Of a stretch of 64,000 bases of DNA, positions 21,501-28,145 are shown piece after piece. The notes below the pieces were generated by a model. That model was not told the origin of the DNA. It did no database searches and saw nothing but the letters and a program-made list of their open reading frames with translations. This stretch comes from a virus (lineage: Duplodnaviria; Caudoviricetes), in the IMG/VR virus record IMGVR_UViG_3300032283_000554, positions 1 to 64,000 of that record; one strand, 5' to 3'. Each line of letters begins with the position of its first letter. Positions within the stretch are counted from its first letter, which is position 1. The position numbers and the translations under genes are program-made.

Positions 21501-23303
21501 CTCGACTAGCTCTGCTGCTTTTTGTGCGGCAATAATTTCTGGAGTAAGCATCTTCCAGCCATTTGCTTTCATAAAGAATGCTCTTAGCTGGACAACACCC
21601 TTAGTTATATATCCAAAGAAGTTTGCGAGTAAACCAGTTAACATAATAAGTGGTCCAACTAATGCTGTAAATCCAGCAAGGAAGGTCAATCCTTTTTTAA
21701 TTGGGTCTGGCAATTTAGTAAAGAAATCTAAGATTTTTGTTGCTGCGCTTATAAGCTTAGTGGCAACTCCTAAAAACTCTTCTCCTACATCTGCAAGCTC
21801 TGCTTTTAATCCCTCAATAGCTCTTTTGTATTTACCAGATGCAGACTCTGTAACCATCTTTAATTCTCGACTTGCTACATCTGCAAGATCTGCAGTACTT
21901 GCTTTCATCAATTCTAAAACTTGAAGCGTCTGGCTACCCTGTTTACCTAGATTATTAAGCAATGCGCTCATTCTTGCAAACTGAAACTTTCCAAACATTT
22001 GCTCCATTGCTCTTGCTTTACTTAGTGGGTCAAGGGAGTCTAAAGCTTTTTGCAGATCCATCAATAAACCAGTAGTGTCTCCAGTATTTTTTGCAACCAT
22101 GCCCATAACATCTATGCCAAAATCTGACATCATCCCTACGGTTTGTTTTGTTGGGTTAATAAGAGATGCTAAACCAGACTTCAAAGCGTTGGCACCTTCT
22201 GAAGCGCTAATACCACCTTCACGCATTGCAGTTAGATATAGGGCTAAGTCTTTAACATCTCCACCTAGCTGCTGAATCACTGGACCAGCTTTTGGAATTG
22301 CTTCTACTAGGTCATTAAGAGTTGTTGATGTCTGGTTTTCAACTGCGTTGAGAAAGTTAATAGATTCTGTTAGCTCTTGAGTATTTTGCTTAAAAGCTGT
22401 TTGAATTGATAATGTTGCTTTCATTGCATCTTGTCTATCAACTTCACCCAGGATAGCAAGTCTTGTTGTTTCCGCAATTGATCCTAGCAGTTCGTTTCCA
22501 GTTTGTCCTGTTGCTGCAATATCAGCACCTAATGCAATAGTATCCTTAAATGATGCACCCATTGTTTTAGATAATGTTTTTGCAGTCTCAACAACTTCTT
22601 CTCTAATTGCTTTTAAATCTGAAGCAGATGTAGCTGCAAGACCACCGTAAACTTTTGTTAATCTTACAAGCTCTTGGTCTGCTTCTTTAAATGCTTTACC
22701 AGCTGCTGCTCCAAACATAGTGAGTGGCACAGTAAGTCCTACAGTAAGCTGTCTACCAGCCCACTGAGTATTTTTACCCCAGTTAATTAAAGATCCTGCT
22801 CCCTCAGATAATGCACGATTCATAATCTGCATTTCCATTCGAGCTAGTTTTCCACTATTTGCTACAGCATCTAATCCTCTAGGAATCATTACGTTATACT
22901 GCATTAACCCCTGAGCATTTCTACCTAGTGGTTGCAGTACTGAATTTTGAAGCATTACCTGTTCTTTGGCAAGCTCCCTGATCATACCCTTTTGAGTAGT
23001 AGTATGCTCTCTAAATGTAGAGAAATAATTTTTAAGCTTTAATCTACCAGCATCCAAGTTCTTACCGAACTTATCTACATCAGAATTAAGGTTTACAAAG
23101 TGGCTGGAGAACTGTCCGCTTCCAGTTAATGTATCTCTAAATAAATTGTTTGCTAATTTTGTTGAAGAAGAAATTGCTTTGTTTGACGCAAGAAGCTCTC
23201 TTTGTAATTGTTGGAGACTAGAACTAGCCCTGTGTACTTCAGACACAAGGCTAGATAAGTCGGCTTTGGCGACTATACTGGTTACAATTTGTTCGTCAGC
23301 CAC
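9585..23303 (-). CDS. Tape measure protein (4572 aa) with inserted enzyme-like cargo domains
   Basis: N-terminal TMP core (GRQLTVGLTVPL..., GISASEGANALKS..., MFGKFQFARM); FASGG.V.GPGTGTSDSIPAMLSDGEYVI motif; follows frameshifted tail chaperone. Confidence 0.92.
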   Translation of the reverse strand: MADEQIVTSIVAKADLSSLVSEVHRASSSLQQLQRELLASNKAISSSTKLANNLFRDTLTGSGQFSSHFVNLNSDVDKFGKNLDAGRLKLKNYFSTFREHTTTQKGMIRELAKEQVMLQNSVLQPLGRNAQGLMQYNVMIPRGLDAVANSGKLARMEMQIMNRALSEGAGSLINWGKNTQWAGRQLTVGLTVPLTMFGAAAGKAFKEADQELVRLTKVYGGLAATSASDLKAIREEVVETAKTLSKTMGASFKDTIALGADIAATGQTGNELLGSIAETTRLAILGEVDRQDAMKATLSIQTAFKQNTQELTESINFLNAVENQTSTTLNDLVEAIPKAGPVIQQLGGDVKDLALYLTAMREGGISASEGANALKSGLASLINPTKQTVGMMSDFGIDVMGMVAKNTGDTTGLLMDLQKALDSLDPLSKARAMEQMFGKFQFARMSALLNNLGKQGSQTLQVLELMKASTADLADVASRELKMVTESASGKYKRAIEGLKAELADVGEEFLGVATKLISAATKILDFFTKLPDPIKKGLTFLAGFTALVGPLIMLTGLLANFFGYITKGVVQLRAFFMKANGWKMLTPEIIAAQKAAELVENAFYSDAAAAQVLHNALQKLVLDYQNLQAASMKGAVPVNGVVNTVAGNPVMVGGRRVVDPNDPYVGDPNTRAMSHINPRDPNKPATIFGGVPGAIPVNRGISRTPQMYMSDRLPNIEGLTSVKGISTGIVPGEAAKFHALMATLGMQTEQEVAALKKTIMMGGTVSRELLDTFDDILPITQRFADSAATQSGLIVQQMRSAEITVDQAKARIIALNAQIEADMGSAVSMYAAGRGRSLDLTRAPMMDQPVVDANGQFTLRDLYKKKNNAAVMTEFGRLRGIRTFGAPYSMQTTRMPKFNTGGDVESFSANKTVVSGPSSIGYDDRLGSVPLGGYVLNQAASMDPANAALVAMAPSTYLNDGGNITAELTPREVVFGPQIQKMPELYAAVDAANSGYSFGGQIMRGVNSYGKEMSKSAKARMKEENFKRQYREYLKFINNPRYEDDIRVRMIMLDAAELSYHNKLPINKAINIATSNFDKAKALSGGSDESFVKIRIKQVQGLERDGMVPRVKDATGVKNSHGETVYPRSTSKALNYQLNDVRAAMLNSRKFAGVHDLIAAIAPTTFLNASDKSPSIDGLHDKAHFRRKDLVGYTTSGYIGVGAVLPAGINHVMSTLETIGLSRDVLNLSSADAKENLAIALKKTGLDRFASVDDIYTALQDDGLFKSKAQIASGNVVRANKDQRNSLRMLLEAAAKRSKWIFAGRPPRPMLVSGAFNAGGVIPGGSISADRSSYGVVPPLSARLEAIRLAQQAQYAKKREADMIKYPWIKEAVAGRDRGSSVSPLLKLLAPGKQLDILEQAREMSRATATGSFKDLPPVKYGHMVSPSSGMSYPIPGVSGLYKDSDGRLKFFKGVPNEISAKAEVYGTRMAREVFGLDAPEQTIKTISNPLDPSGKSKLLGVESPFDKRFTNGGTVFNEDEMIRQTIASLVMNNKDLSPSNVYGNVLADVGAAGVFAKASGNTAHADSLPSMIDQAMINLLGVKGGARKDFAVNTAPIAAGMTAKQYNRKIKAAMKKMHPKLVKFVATLPREDRAPYIKLLQRFENGMDDATDFGPLHAVHVAAKRNSGGPIGGGPVRSGRYAYGPKNRKGSQRSGNPAKRAEEDRLRAERTASYNTSSGSGYTSSGNPQMQVMRVPYVGGSGVGGNAFGAVATGQYQQYINAALQVSQIGQPPAAVSRAFKSLTDSIKLGTVGLRYGIATSATHINSAYRDFAKSQVASARLNASFLSNWVKTNTRDIKDGILRNQARSMSAAYPGASYLMGPGQIMPVSMSGPGMVGDWQETGQDGTKSRKVGTLGYRKREYMDADGYIHDKKSAQAAGLDTKVRGGMGMGAQMGIGMAGNMGGMYVMQQEKIKMLGMEMSGMNAGLGIMAASTIIPMLPWKTMGHGIKTATTNTMAAIKAAKNFKEAISSVGAQLFKYVKILKGAGAALSVVLIGLDVWKTYNNAQQDAAMSLGITKKGAEQAGISYFNLNSHLTEYIEKQKLANAAAQGGKNNSIGMPGIPQSIEDMKKAKEEGKALGELIESINRTSTTSELQTLVNNQKAQFVAGGLSVEQANRMIYGAIANSEKATKSYELLANSGFGAITDKATAAEFAVKNLLETLKRDPKTGASKGSFDYNFYKQPVYFTKEWNEQNTLFEKAVDLTTLGIINRYRNAFADTNAYKKGVISGLESVISTFDSSTKALIGTKNSTGEVIDEYEAYQISLENLEKDMPNFNVALGDEAFKIIQEMSPELAKITNKFDSIKSILAKIKLSTSGIGLDLKYLDGELAIKLAGFTAAIDEGIEGLTKAAGDGSTYGSVGKILNKLQKSIAATSAASQKAAAATQKSIQEELKLIAKKISLIEDEKNKKLESLRATQDASNYALELQKLQIEYADAISRGDQAGAARARIEIDQLTSNRQLALTQKAIEDEADRLKAIEQKKIDAKQAKADAAAEKFEGAQDSAASATKIVDLIQGFKDTYDEITTLRITNNMLPNSKAKRDSEAQLVVRLDNLLKQIGVAGTGNNQTAKDVRSAFAEYFNKDGTVKKVYVESKPAGLPDAGTAGIVPRVSVNKDTLSIFDRDVASVTKFADQITGGKGYSIKRMTEEIVAALTGGGTYSKPINAGTVKDAVGRQYISWNTPLLNDRSAVKKFAAKKGFKPGQQFYLEEANGNKKQFLVLNDGSIQFQKDLGFASGGKVRGPGTGTSDSIPAMLSDGEYVIKASSVKKYGVAHLDAMNEGRYAEGGPVLPWWKKPKSAYNSKNQPTGSPYGRYWGELERLYQGSPLGFDRNGKPLFNNDGKDPWGGVEIPGLPFKGKVGQFSDYFHQLAEQPSKYRGPGMGLDKDPMRYAGSGASMSGIGNGVYGAGSWLTFANGGLVRYHEGGLVKPGEHPHQDTNGNFFSKFNPANAFSSMISGMFNIGASQTFNTSTNIKSTMTQQEKDRATLQAAQLISGYTSAFNLKNNTSPEIFGNQKLGVLADVLGVLPGVGLGVRGLGKVSSGAKSLAIPKTTVHAMGPEGTPELSSLSLNQQMVKELADIRAEQKAFKAKAKAARAELKGIDKWHNQLDRANRVKMLDVIKVRLGASSPYEGMQFEKILNQSDLQTFGSLGTSLNNVEKATILSSGKSGYFKTRLEMTPEEVQREVFGSLFAQRANILAPENTAVKTDKKYPYNFGVFSRSLDEMSPGSFSEKSVFEAFNLAPSKAMDDRKFALPARIYAALGMTSQRSYRDAILDAMGYADNHGGNLFLNPIEKNAGAIDFGRTGNSIHSIANFGGNNALKSLENKYYRKYVQLPESERAAYLEGLRKASENLSGIKDAELTDMLRASGYEKSETSGTLGIYKQYMDNVIKTIESRLAAKPIKGWDEDIPKISMNEDWYKQVGDMLGKGGSKLTTTAQESTGLNWGDVANRIQLGSTPVNPLVNNIRKLWNVKGFHEGGPVGHLHSNPNIGKIITGPNGGQFDFTQVKSVPGRDEQVGTGFFKIDADGNQVEITRSYNEKRALAKAANAQSRLAYAARKAARAKASEYQLTLDAIDGANPLSSLAFKTAPGLASGDKSPLMFHEGGPVGHKHKYGEPTPKGNPWYKKVGNFAVEAVKETGRSAEWLAYLNSQYMLAPYNFVNNKLTGNLPPERKFISKNNQDTYDAIAAMRAAGMNSEANKAFAMKTGLSGLNVGSLFVGGALGSATARGLVGAYGVSRGIPALETLLPTGSLTYAAKTGLGAATNLGVAATIGASKPFVNDMVPFFNKKYATEQKVVQSQKIGLNAEQAYQSVQQSNFAMNTPTTASRDAILNQIDLARQIAANRGDLAPRLIGKGTVATVDNPRFLFQEEFSPETDNILNWPWSPAVKKSADKYSNQSPKHWDTFYTPKSIEKLSYRQKKVIAELAGVKFQFGKPFPKITKDQMDEGYNWFYKNEDLVKQWGSWNAYKDSRLNSVGLRSPENYKSEFLEYDEALALKESLQDVSLPDGRYKYNIGKPEADPRWSTAFGSNTSVIRGGAGDRGSLMLDGDLGAALRQQYGIVYEDLIKQGYIRRATVNKNGRRTEDKDLAPRPYVGDKDTTRGRAFTLDEFLLEVSSQLPDVSTSAKHLTGTKDPNITRPSTFIQKLNESYVEQILRMPKGTKFRFTKYDVHGSTLFDEFGNPKAGGYYSLDEGFDYAKNPGSRNLYGETSPYKDRKKPTKGKFTIDLEASEFPTPAFAGGGFSDEFAIIVPEWLALAKSKHVAKMEKRHFTDDISSERGRYLFAGRFYQPTKGWTVGAEATESGASFGVSPDNAADLAKLLNSGKAKTPFAHNEEWTEESILKFLRAKSNYAILTDGNKRTINPEWLNSIDGSNYHQLENMLRIQEIVNLVRKHLTGEPPITMVEPKSKSYKTAPIAIPKFANGGLAQNFSNSALTNLGVPMFENGINMVPANMLAMLHKNEAVVPANMNPFNPNASAAVSGSVYNINVELNGTNVTAQDVATQIHKEMRLKEMAAGVNRRVGNQ

Positions 23304-23680
23304 TAATTACTCCTAGAGTATCCTAATCCTGCTCCGATTCCAAATCCAGCTTGTGCTGCTAAGGACCCTTGTAAACCAACAACATCATCTGCTGATGTAT
23401 TTATTCCAAGTGCTCTTCTTTGGATATCTTCAAAGGTAGAACCTTTTTTTTCTTCTTCTACATCATCATCTAATTGTATTCCTTTTAGTGATGCTGCAAA
23501 CTTTCTTTGGTTGTGCTCTCTTTCATTTATCGCTGTAATTGTTTGAATCAATTCTGGCAGTGATAAAGTTTCTTCTAGTTCTTCGTAATTCTTCCAGTGA
23601 CCCAGAAGAAAAACTTGACCTTCTAAAGCGGCTAAATCTAGTTCTGGCCAGCCAGTACCGCTGCCGCTATCAGGTTTGGG
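23303..23680 (-). CDS. Tail assembly chaperone, frameshift-extended C-terminal part (gpGT-like)
   Basis: The -1 frame from the CCCAAAC heptamer is open (PDSGSGTGWPELDLAALEGQVFLLGHWKNYEELEE...) and joins the listed ORF 23303..23551. Confidence 0.75.
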   Translation of the reverse strand, partial: PKPDSGSGTGWPELDLAALEGQVFLLGHWKNYEELEETLSLPELIQTITAINEREHNQRKFAASLKGIQLDDDVEEEKKGSTFEDIQRRALGINTSADDVVGLQGSLAAQAGFGIGAGLGYSRSN

Positions 23681-23970
23681 TCGTCCATCTTAATTCCTCC
23701 ACAAACTTCAAGAATGCGGTTAATTGTTGGAACATCTAATGCTTCTTCAAGCTTATCTATGTCTTTAACAAGATCAGGTAGTTGAACTTCCAATGCTACT
23801 CCGCATGCTTCAACTAAAATTCCAAGTGTTGCAGCTTCGTCTTCTGCGTCTTGTACTTTCTTAATTACTTCCATAAACTTTCTTAGTTGCTTGATTGAGA
23901 GAGGCTTAAGCTTTACATTAGCTCCGCTTTGTAGCTGAATCTCTTCTACATCATATACTGTTGTTGCCAT
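23638..23970 (-). CDS. Tail assembly chaperone (gpG-like)
   Basis: 110 aa between major tail protein and TMP; AGGAGG RBS. Confidence 0.8.
   Translation of the reverse strand: MATTVYDVEEIQLQSGANVKLKPLSIKQLRKFMEVIKKVQDAEDEAATLGILVEACGVALEVQLPDLVKDIDKLEEALDVPTINRILEVCGGIKMDDPNLIAAAVLAGQN
23674..23680 (-). other. -1 programmed ribosomal frameshift slippery site C CCA AAC
   Basis: X XXY YYZ heptamer in frame (GAC CCA AAC) near chaperone end; the -1 frame matches the downstream ORF frame. Confidence 0.75.
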
Positions 23971-24030
23971 TTTATCCTCCTTAAGGATTGTCTAAATTAT
24001 TATAGCATAACCATTATACGGATACAACAG

Positions 24031-24058
24031 CAAAGCCCCCAATTTCTTGGGGGCTTTG
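24031..24058 (-). terminator. Intrinsic terminator after major tail gene
   Basis: CAAAGCCCCCAA-tttc-TTGGGGGCTTTG inverted repeat. Confidence 0.7.
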
Positions 24059-24077
24059 ATATTAATTATTAATATAA

Positions 24078-24839
24078 TTAAACTGCTAGAACGCGGTCAA
24101 TAATCTTACCGTATTCTGAACCAGCGTGATCTGAGTCACCTGATGGTAGAAGACGGAATGTTACTGGGAATGTTGTTGCTGCTGTACGAGCCAAAGAGAA
24201 CTGTGACTGTTCTACAGACAAAACACGACGTGCATAGTATACACGCTCAGTTGATGATGCTTCTGAAGTTGGAGCCTGTCCAACTGCAATTAGCTGACGC
24301 TCTGTTGGAGCTGCACCTAGTGCACCTGCTTCCAAACCTAGTGTGTCAACTGCTGTTGCACCTGTTCCTGATGATGTAAGTGTTGATCCCTTTTGACCAA
24401 ATACTGCAAGAACGTTCTCTAGAGTACCTTCTGCCATTTCTGTTGAGATCTGAACCATCATTGCAGACTTAAACAGCTTAGCTGTATCTAGCAACTGATC
24501 AACAGTTACTGAGTCAAATGTTGGCTGGTAGCTGATCTGTAGACCGTTATTTGTGTAACCAACGTTACGGTAAGCTCCACCAATTGCTGGTGATGCCTCT
24601 GTAGGCGTTGCTGTCTGAGTAGCACCTGTTGTTGTTAAAACTTTGTTTAGTGTTGTAGTATAAGACTCTCCTGATGAGAATGCTGGTACAAAACGATTCT
24701 TTGATGCAACGAAAGCGTTTGCGTTGCCTGCATCCATGCTTGAATCATAACCAGATACTGTTGAATCTTCTACTGACAAAAATAGTGGTGATGCGCCTAC
24801 GAGAATATTCTTAGCGTCACCTGTGTTTTGATATGCCAT
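24078..24839 (-). CDS. Major tail (tube) protein
   Basis: NILVGA...VGYTNNGLQISYQPTF..VTVDQLLD...MAEGTLEN...FPVTFRLLP; start set at MAYQ (AGGAGG RBS). Confidence 0.85.
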   Translation of the reverse strand: MAYQNTGDAKNILVGASPLFLSVEDSTVSGYDSSMDAGNANAFVASKNRFVPAFSSGESYTTTLNKVLTTTGATQTATPTEASPAIGGAYRNVGYTNNGLQISYQPTFDSVTVDQLLDTAKLFKSAMMVQISTEMAEGTLENVLAVFGQKGSTLTSSGTGATAVDTLGLEAGALGAAPTERQLIAVGQAPTSEASSTERVYYARRVLSVEQSQFSLARTAATTFPVTFRLLPSGDSDHAGSEYGKIIDRVLAV

Positions 24840-24942
24840 AATTGTATTGCCTCCTGATTTCATATGAAATTAATGTATCTATTTGGCTGGCTAGGCCCTT
24901 TCCTCTGTTCTAATTTTACTCTACTATATTATAAAAGGCAAA

Positions 24943-25452
24943 TCAGGAAAATCTGCCTTTACCATCTGTTATTCTAGAGTATTTTACCTCTAATATTACA
25001 TCTGCTCCATAGAATCCTTGTATCTCTTCTGATGGGGCTGTAGATGATATGTCTGCTATATGGATGCTATGGAACTTGAATTTATTAGATAGCCCCGCCC
25101 ATTTATTTACATCCTTTGCAGACTCATCCATTCTTCTAAATTCATCAGTTAGGAAGTTTCTTATTTCAACAATATCAAGCAGATCTGGTGAATATAGGGT
25201 CAATAGGATTTGTTCGCAACATATCATCCAGTTATTTTCATAAGACATTCCTATCTTATCATAGACTATGTGTTTCTTCCCACTCAAAAATTGATTCATT
25301 TCTGGCTGTTGCTGTACTGGAACAATTGGAACAAGGGTTTCATTAAGGTTGTCGGAGTAGTAGTCATCTGCATCAAATATGTTGACGGCTGTAAGTCTAC
25401 TCCATAAGAATTTTCTTATTTCAAACATAGCATCCAATTTGTAATTAGCCAT
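24943..25452 (-). CDS. Putative tail terminator/completion protein
   Basis: 169 aa directly upstream of major tail gene. Confidence 0.55.
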   Translation of the reverse strand: MANYKLDAMFEIRKFLWSRLTAVNIFDADDYYSDNLNETLVPIVPVQQQPEMNQFLSGKKHIVYDKIGMSYENNWMICCEQILLTLYSPDLLDIVEIRNFLTDEFRRMDESAKDVNKWAGLSNKFKFHSIHIADISSTAPSEEIQGFYGADVILEVKYSRITDGKGRFS

Positions 25453-26278
25453 TTGCTAACCTCGCAAATGCTGCTGATGTTGCGGCGTCGGCTTCATTTG
25501 CTAACTGATTTGCAGAGAAGCTGTACTTAACCGTCTTAACTTGTGCTGGAACTCCTAATGCTCTAGATAATGAGGAGTTAAAAAGTTTTTGGAATCCCGA
25601 TTTTTTAATAGACATGTTGACTAGCTGTCCAGTAAAGAAGTATCTGTATGCAGCAAAGAAAGAGTTCTTGGTTGCCGCTCCGCCTGGCTTTCTAACGGTA
25701 ACAGATTCTCCCTTTGGCATAAATACAGTATATCCATCAACTTCAAATACCAATCTTTCTGAAAATCTTGGAGCAATAACTACTGTTTTGCCCTGCTCCA
25801 TTATCTCAGCTTTTTTAACAAAGACATGTTTATTGTTAGAGTTTTCAGATGGTACGAAAGATTTAGAATCTATTAATTCATAATTAACTTTTAAGGATAG
25901 CCCATCTGCTGGAAGCTTTTTTAATTTAAATAATCTAGCCTCATCCTGACCAGCTCTGCCCCATTCATAAACATGATGAAAAGACTTTGGAGAGGTTCTT
26001 GCTTTTGCATCTACATAGTCTCCAAAATCAACTTGAAGCTGATCAAAGATTACGCTTCTAAATGCTGATTGAAATTGAGAGTTAGATGCAAGCTTAGCCA
26101 TGACATTTGTCTTATAAAATAAAGCTGCAGATATCTGAGCAACAGTGCTGTCTTTTATTGCACCGCTCATTGGCTTATTAGACATTAAGTTAACTAATCC
26201 GCTTGCTGCTTTAATTGCTAAAATTTCAGACGCCAATTTGCTGATTCTCCGCTCTTTGTAGTGATGAGTTATATCCAA
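25445..26278 (-). CDS. Neck-region protein (start uncertain)
   Basis: 277 aa ORF between head-closure and terminator genes. Confidence 0.55.
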   Translation of the reverse strand: MDITHHYKERRISKLASEILAIKAASGLVNLMSNKPMSGAIKDSTVAQISAALFYKTNVMAKLASNSQFQSAFRSVIFDQLQVDFGDYVDAKARTSPKSFHHVYEWGRAGQDEARLFKLKKLPADGLSLKVNYELIDSKSFVPSENSNNKHVFVKKAEIMEQGKTVVIAPRFSERLVFEVDGYTVFMPKGESVTVRKPGGAATKNSFFAAYRYFFTGQLVNMSIKKSGFQKLFNSSLSRALGVPAQVKTVKYSFSANQLANEADAATSAAFARLANG

Positions 26279-26651
26279 CTACATTTCCAAATGGATCTGC
26301 TATTGGGGTTGTTCCTATCACATCAAATACAGTATCTGTATCACTTGGGTAATTTAATTCATACCAGATTGCGTTGCCATTGGCATCAATAATGTTTTTA
26401 ATTTTATCTCTGGCAGTTAGTCTATCAGATGTTCTTACTTCTATATATTGGTTATTTGAATACTTGTTTGAAAACTTTTGGTTATCATTAGACCTATTTC
26501 GGCTTTCTGTAATAACTCCTCTGGCATAACAATCTATTGTTTTTATATAAGAGAATTCTCTAACCATTGCACCAGTGTTTGGATCCTGCCGTTCTGATTG
26601 ACGGTAGACATCCATTTTCATGGTCATTAAACCATCAACCACGTCAAACAT
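26226..26651 (-). CDS. Putative head-closure (stopper) protein
   Basis: 141 aa; MDVYRQ...DPNTGA.VREF...IDC beta-rich pattern; gene context. Confidence 0.6.
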   Translation of the reverse strand: MFDVVDGLMTMKMDVYRQSERQDPNTGAMVREFSYIKTIDCYARGVITESRNRSNDNQKFSNKYSNNQYIEVRTSDRLTARDKIKNIIDANGNAIWYELNYPSDTDTVFDVIGTTPIADPFGNVVGYNSSLQRAENQQIGV

Positions 26652-27634
26652 TACACCAGTACCATTTGTGTTATAACATAGTCTGCTAGAAGTTTATCTG
26701 CGTAAGAAGATCCTGTTCCGCTGAAAGCTTCAGAAGAATACTCAAAGTCCCAGTCTGTTGTAGATATCTTCTTAACATATCTGTCTCGCCATACACGGTC
26801 TTTGGCAAAGTACATCTTCATTAGCTCTACAGTTGCGTCACGTACTTCATTTGGAACATGATCCCAGCCAAATCGTGCATATACTGTGTAGTGCTTTGAT
26901 CTTCTAAATATATTTGGTGATGCATCATTAATTGAAGGAGGCACCATTCCATTTGCAATATATACATCATTATCAAGATACGAAGCCTGATTTACTTTTA
27001 TTCCAAATCCGCTAACAGTATTTTCAACAACTAATCCTAGGTTATTTACATTGTTTATTTTGTCCACTAATAGCTGATCATTAGCATATAGAGTGTGTAG
27101 ACGATTAACCTTCTTTGTTAATGGCAGAGTGTCTGAGTCATTTCCTATTGAATAATAATGATCATCGTGCAGGTAAAACTTTTGTCCAGTATGTCCTTCA
27201 ATTATATTTCTAGCATATCTTTCCGCCAACTTTAGCTCTTGATAAGTTTTATGATTTGGATCGTTTGCATCTGATCCAAGCCCCATCTCTTGTGCTGCTT
27301 CTTGTATATCAACATAAGGTGCAACAACATCAAGGTAGGTTGTGTTGGAATACGCTACAGAGTCATACTGCCAGTCCCAGACTAGCTTAAACTTTCTAGT
27401 TCTTGCTGTGTGCTGTGCTGGAAGGTAAACATTAAATGAACCCAAGTCGACTTCATTTGCTTCTGCTGTGACGGTAGCAACGATTGATGAAGAGCTAATC
27501 TGTGGAGAGATAAGTGGATCGCCAGTTATGTCGTAAAATTTTACAACTACTGAGGAGCTAGGCGTGATAGCCTCACCTTTTACGTAAAGCTTTGTTGTTG
27601 CTGCCGAGCTTGTGTTTTGGTATATCTCTGCCAT
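26651..27634 (-). CDS. Head-tail adaptor/connector
   Basis: AERYARNIIEGHTGQKF...FGWDHVPNEVRDATVEL...ADKLLADY, gp6/gp15-like adaptor pattern. Confidence 0.7.
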   Translation of the reverse strand: MAEIYQNTSSAATTKLYVKGEAITPSSSVVVKFYDITGDPLISPQISSSSIVATVTAEANEVDLGSFNVYLPAQHTARTRKFKLVWDWQYDSVAYSNTTYLDVVAPYVDIQEAAQEMGLGSDANDPNHKTYQELKLAERYARNIIEGHTGQKFYLHDDHYYSIGNDSDTLPLTKKVNRLHTLYANDQLLVDKINNVNNLGLVVENTVSGFGIKVNQASYLDNDVYIANGMVPPSINDASPNIFRRSKHYTVYARFGWDHVPNEVRDATVELMKMYFAKDRVWRDRYVKKISTTDWDFEYSSEAFSGTGSSYADKLLADYVITQMVLV

Positions 27635-27643
27635 GTGTTAGGC

Positions 27644-28042
27644 TTAGTTGTAGTACTCCTGTACTTCTCTAGGTGTAGCCAATCTAAACCCTTCCTCCTT
27701 ATCAAAAATTTCTTGAGCCACTTCTGGCTTCATTGCTACAAATGGATGCTCAATTGTAAAAGTAAATCCAAGTGCATCATATCTGTAGTTTGGTCGATCC
27801 ATCTTTACAAGAACCATATCTTCATCAAGCTTCTGATTTGGATCTAGTCTAGGAAGAATTTCATCTGCGTCTTCTTTTGCGTTCTCTATGTTTTTAAGTG
27901 TACCTTGGTAGACTGACCAGGTTACTCCTTCTTCTGAAAGTGATGCAATAATATCTGCTTTGTTTTTTAGGCCGTCCACATCAACTGCGAAGTCCGCTGC
28001 TAATGCTTTTAGATCTTTGACCTTAAGTGTGTCAAATGACAT
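27644..28042 (-). CDS. Small head-associated protein with Rho-N/HeH-like N-terminus
   Basis: FDTLKVKDLKALAADFAVDVDGLKNKADIIASL; start set at MSFD (AAAGGAG RBS). Confidence 0.6.
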   Translation of the reverse strand: MSFDTLKVKDLKALAADFAVDVDGLKNKADIIASLSEEGVTWSVYQGTLKNIENAKEDADEILPRLDPNQKLDEDMVLVKMDRPNYRYDALGFTFTIEHPFVAMKPEVAQEIFDKEEGFRLATPREVQEYYN

Positions 28043-28093
28043 ATATATACTCCTTTGGTATGTATACAAATTATAGCACTATAAAATTAAAAT

Positions 28094-28125
28094 GAAAAGC
28101 CCCCAAAATTAATTGGGGGCCTTTC
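28094..28125 (-). terminator. Intrinsic terminator after capsid gene
   Basis: GCCCCCAA/TTGGGGGC stem followed by TTTT on the minus strand. Confidence 0.7.
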
Positions 28126-28145
28126 GGTAGTTATTTCTTATTTAA

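Noticed and set aside
9585-23303. Intein or intron explaining TMP size
   Set aside because: No Hint/HN-C splice motifs or LAGLIDADG recognised; the ORF is continuous
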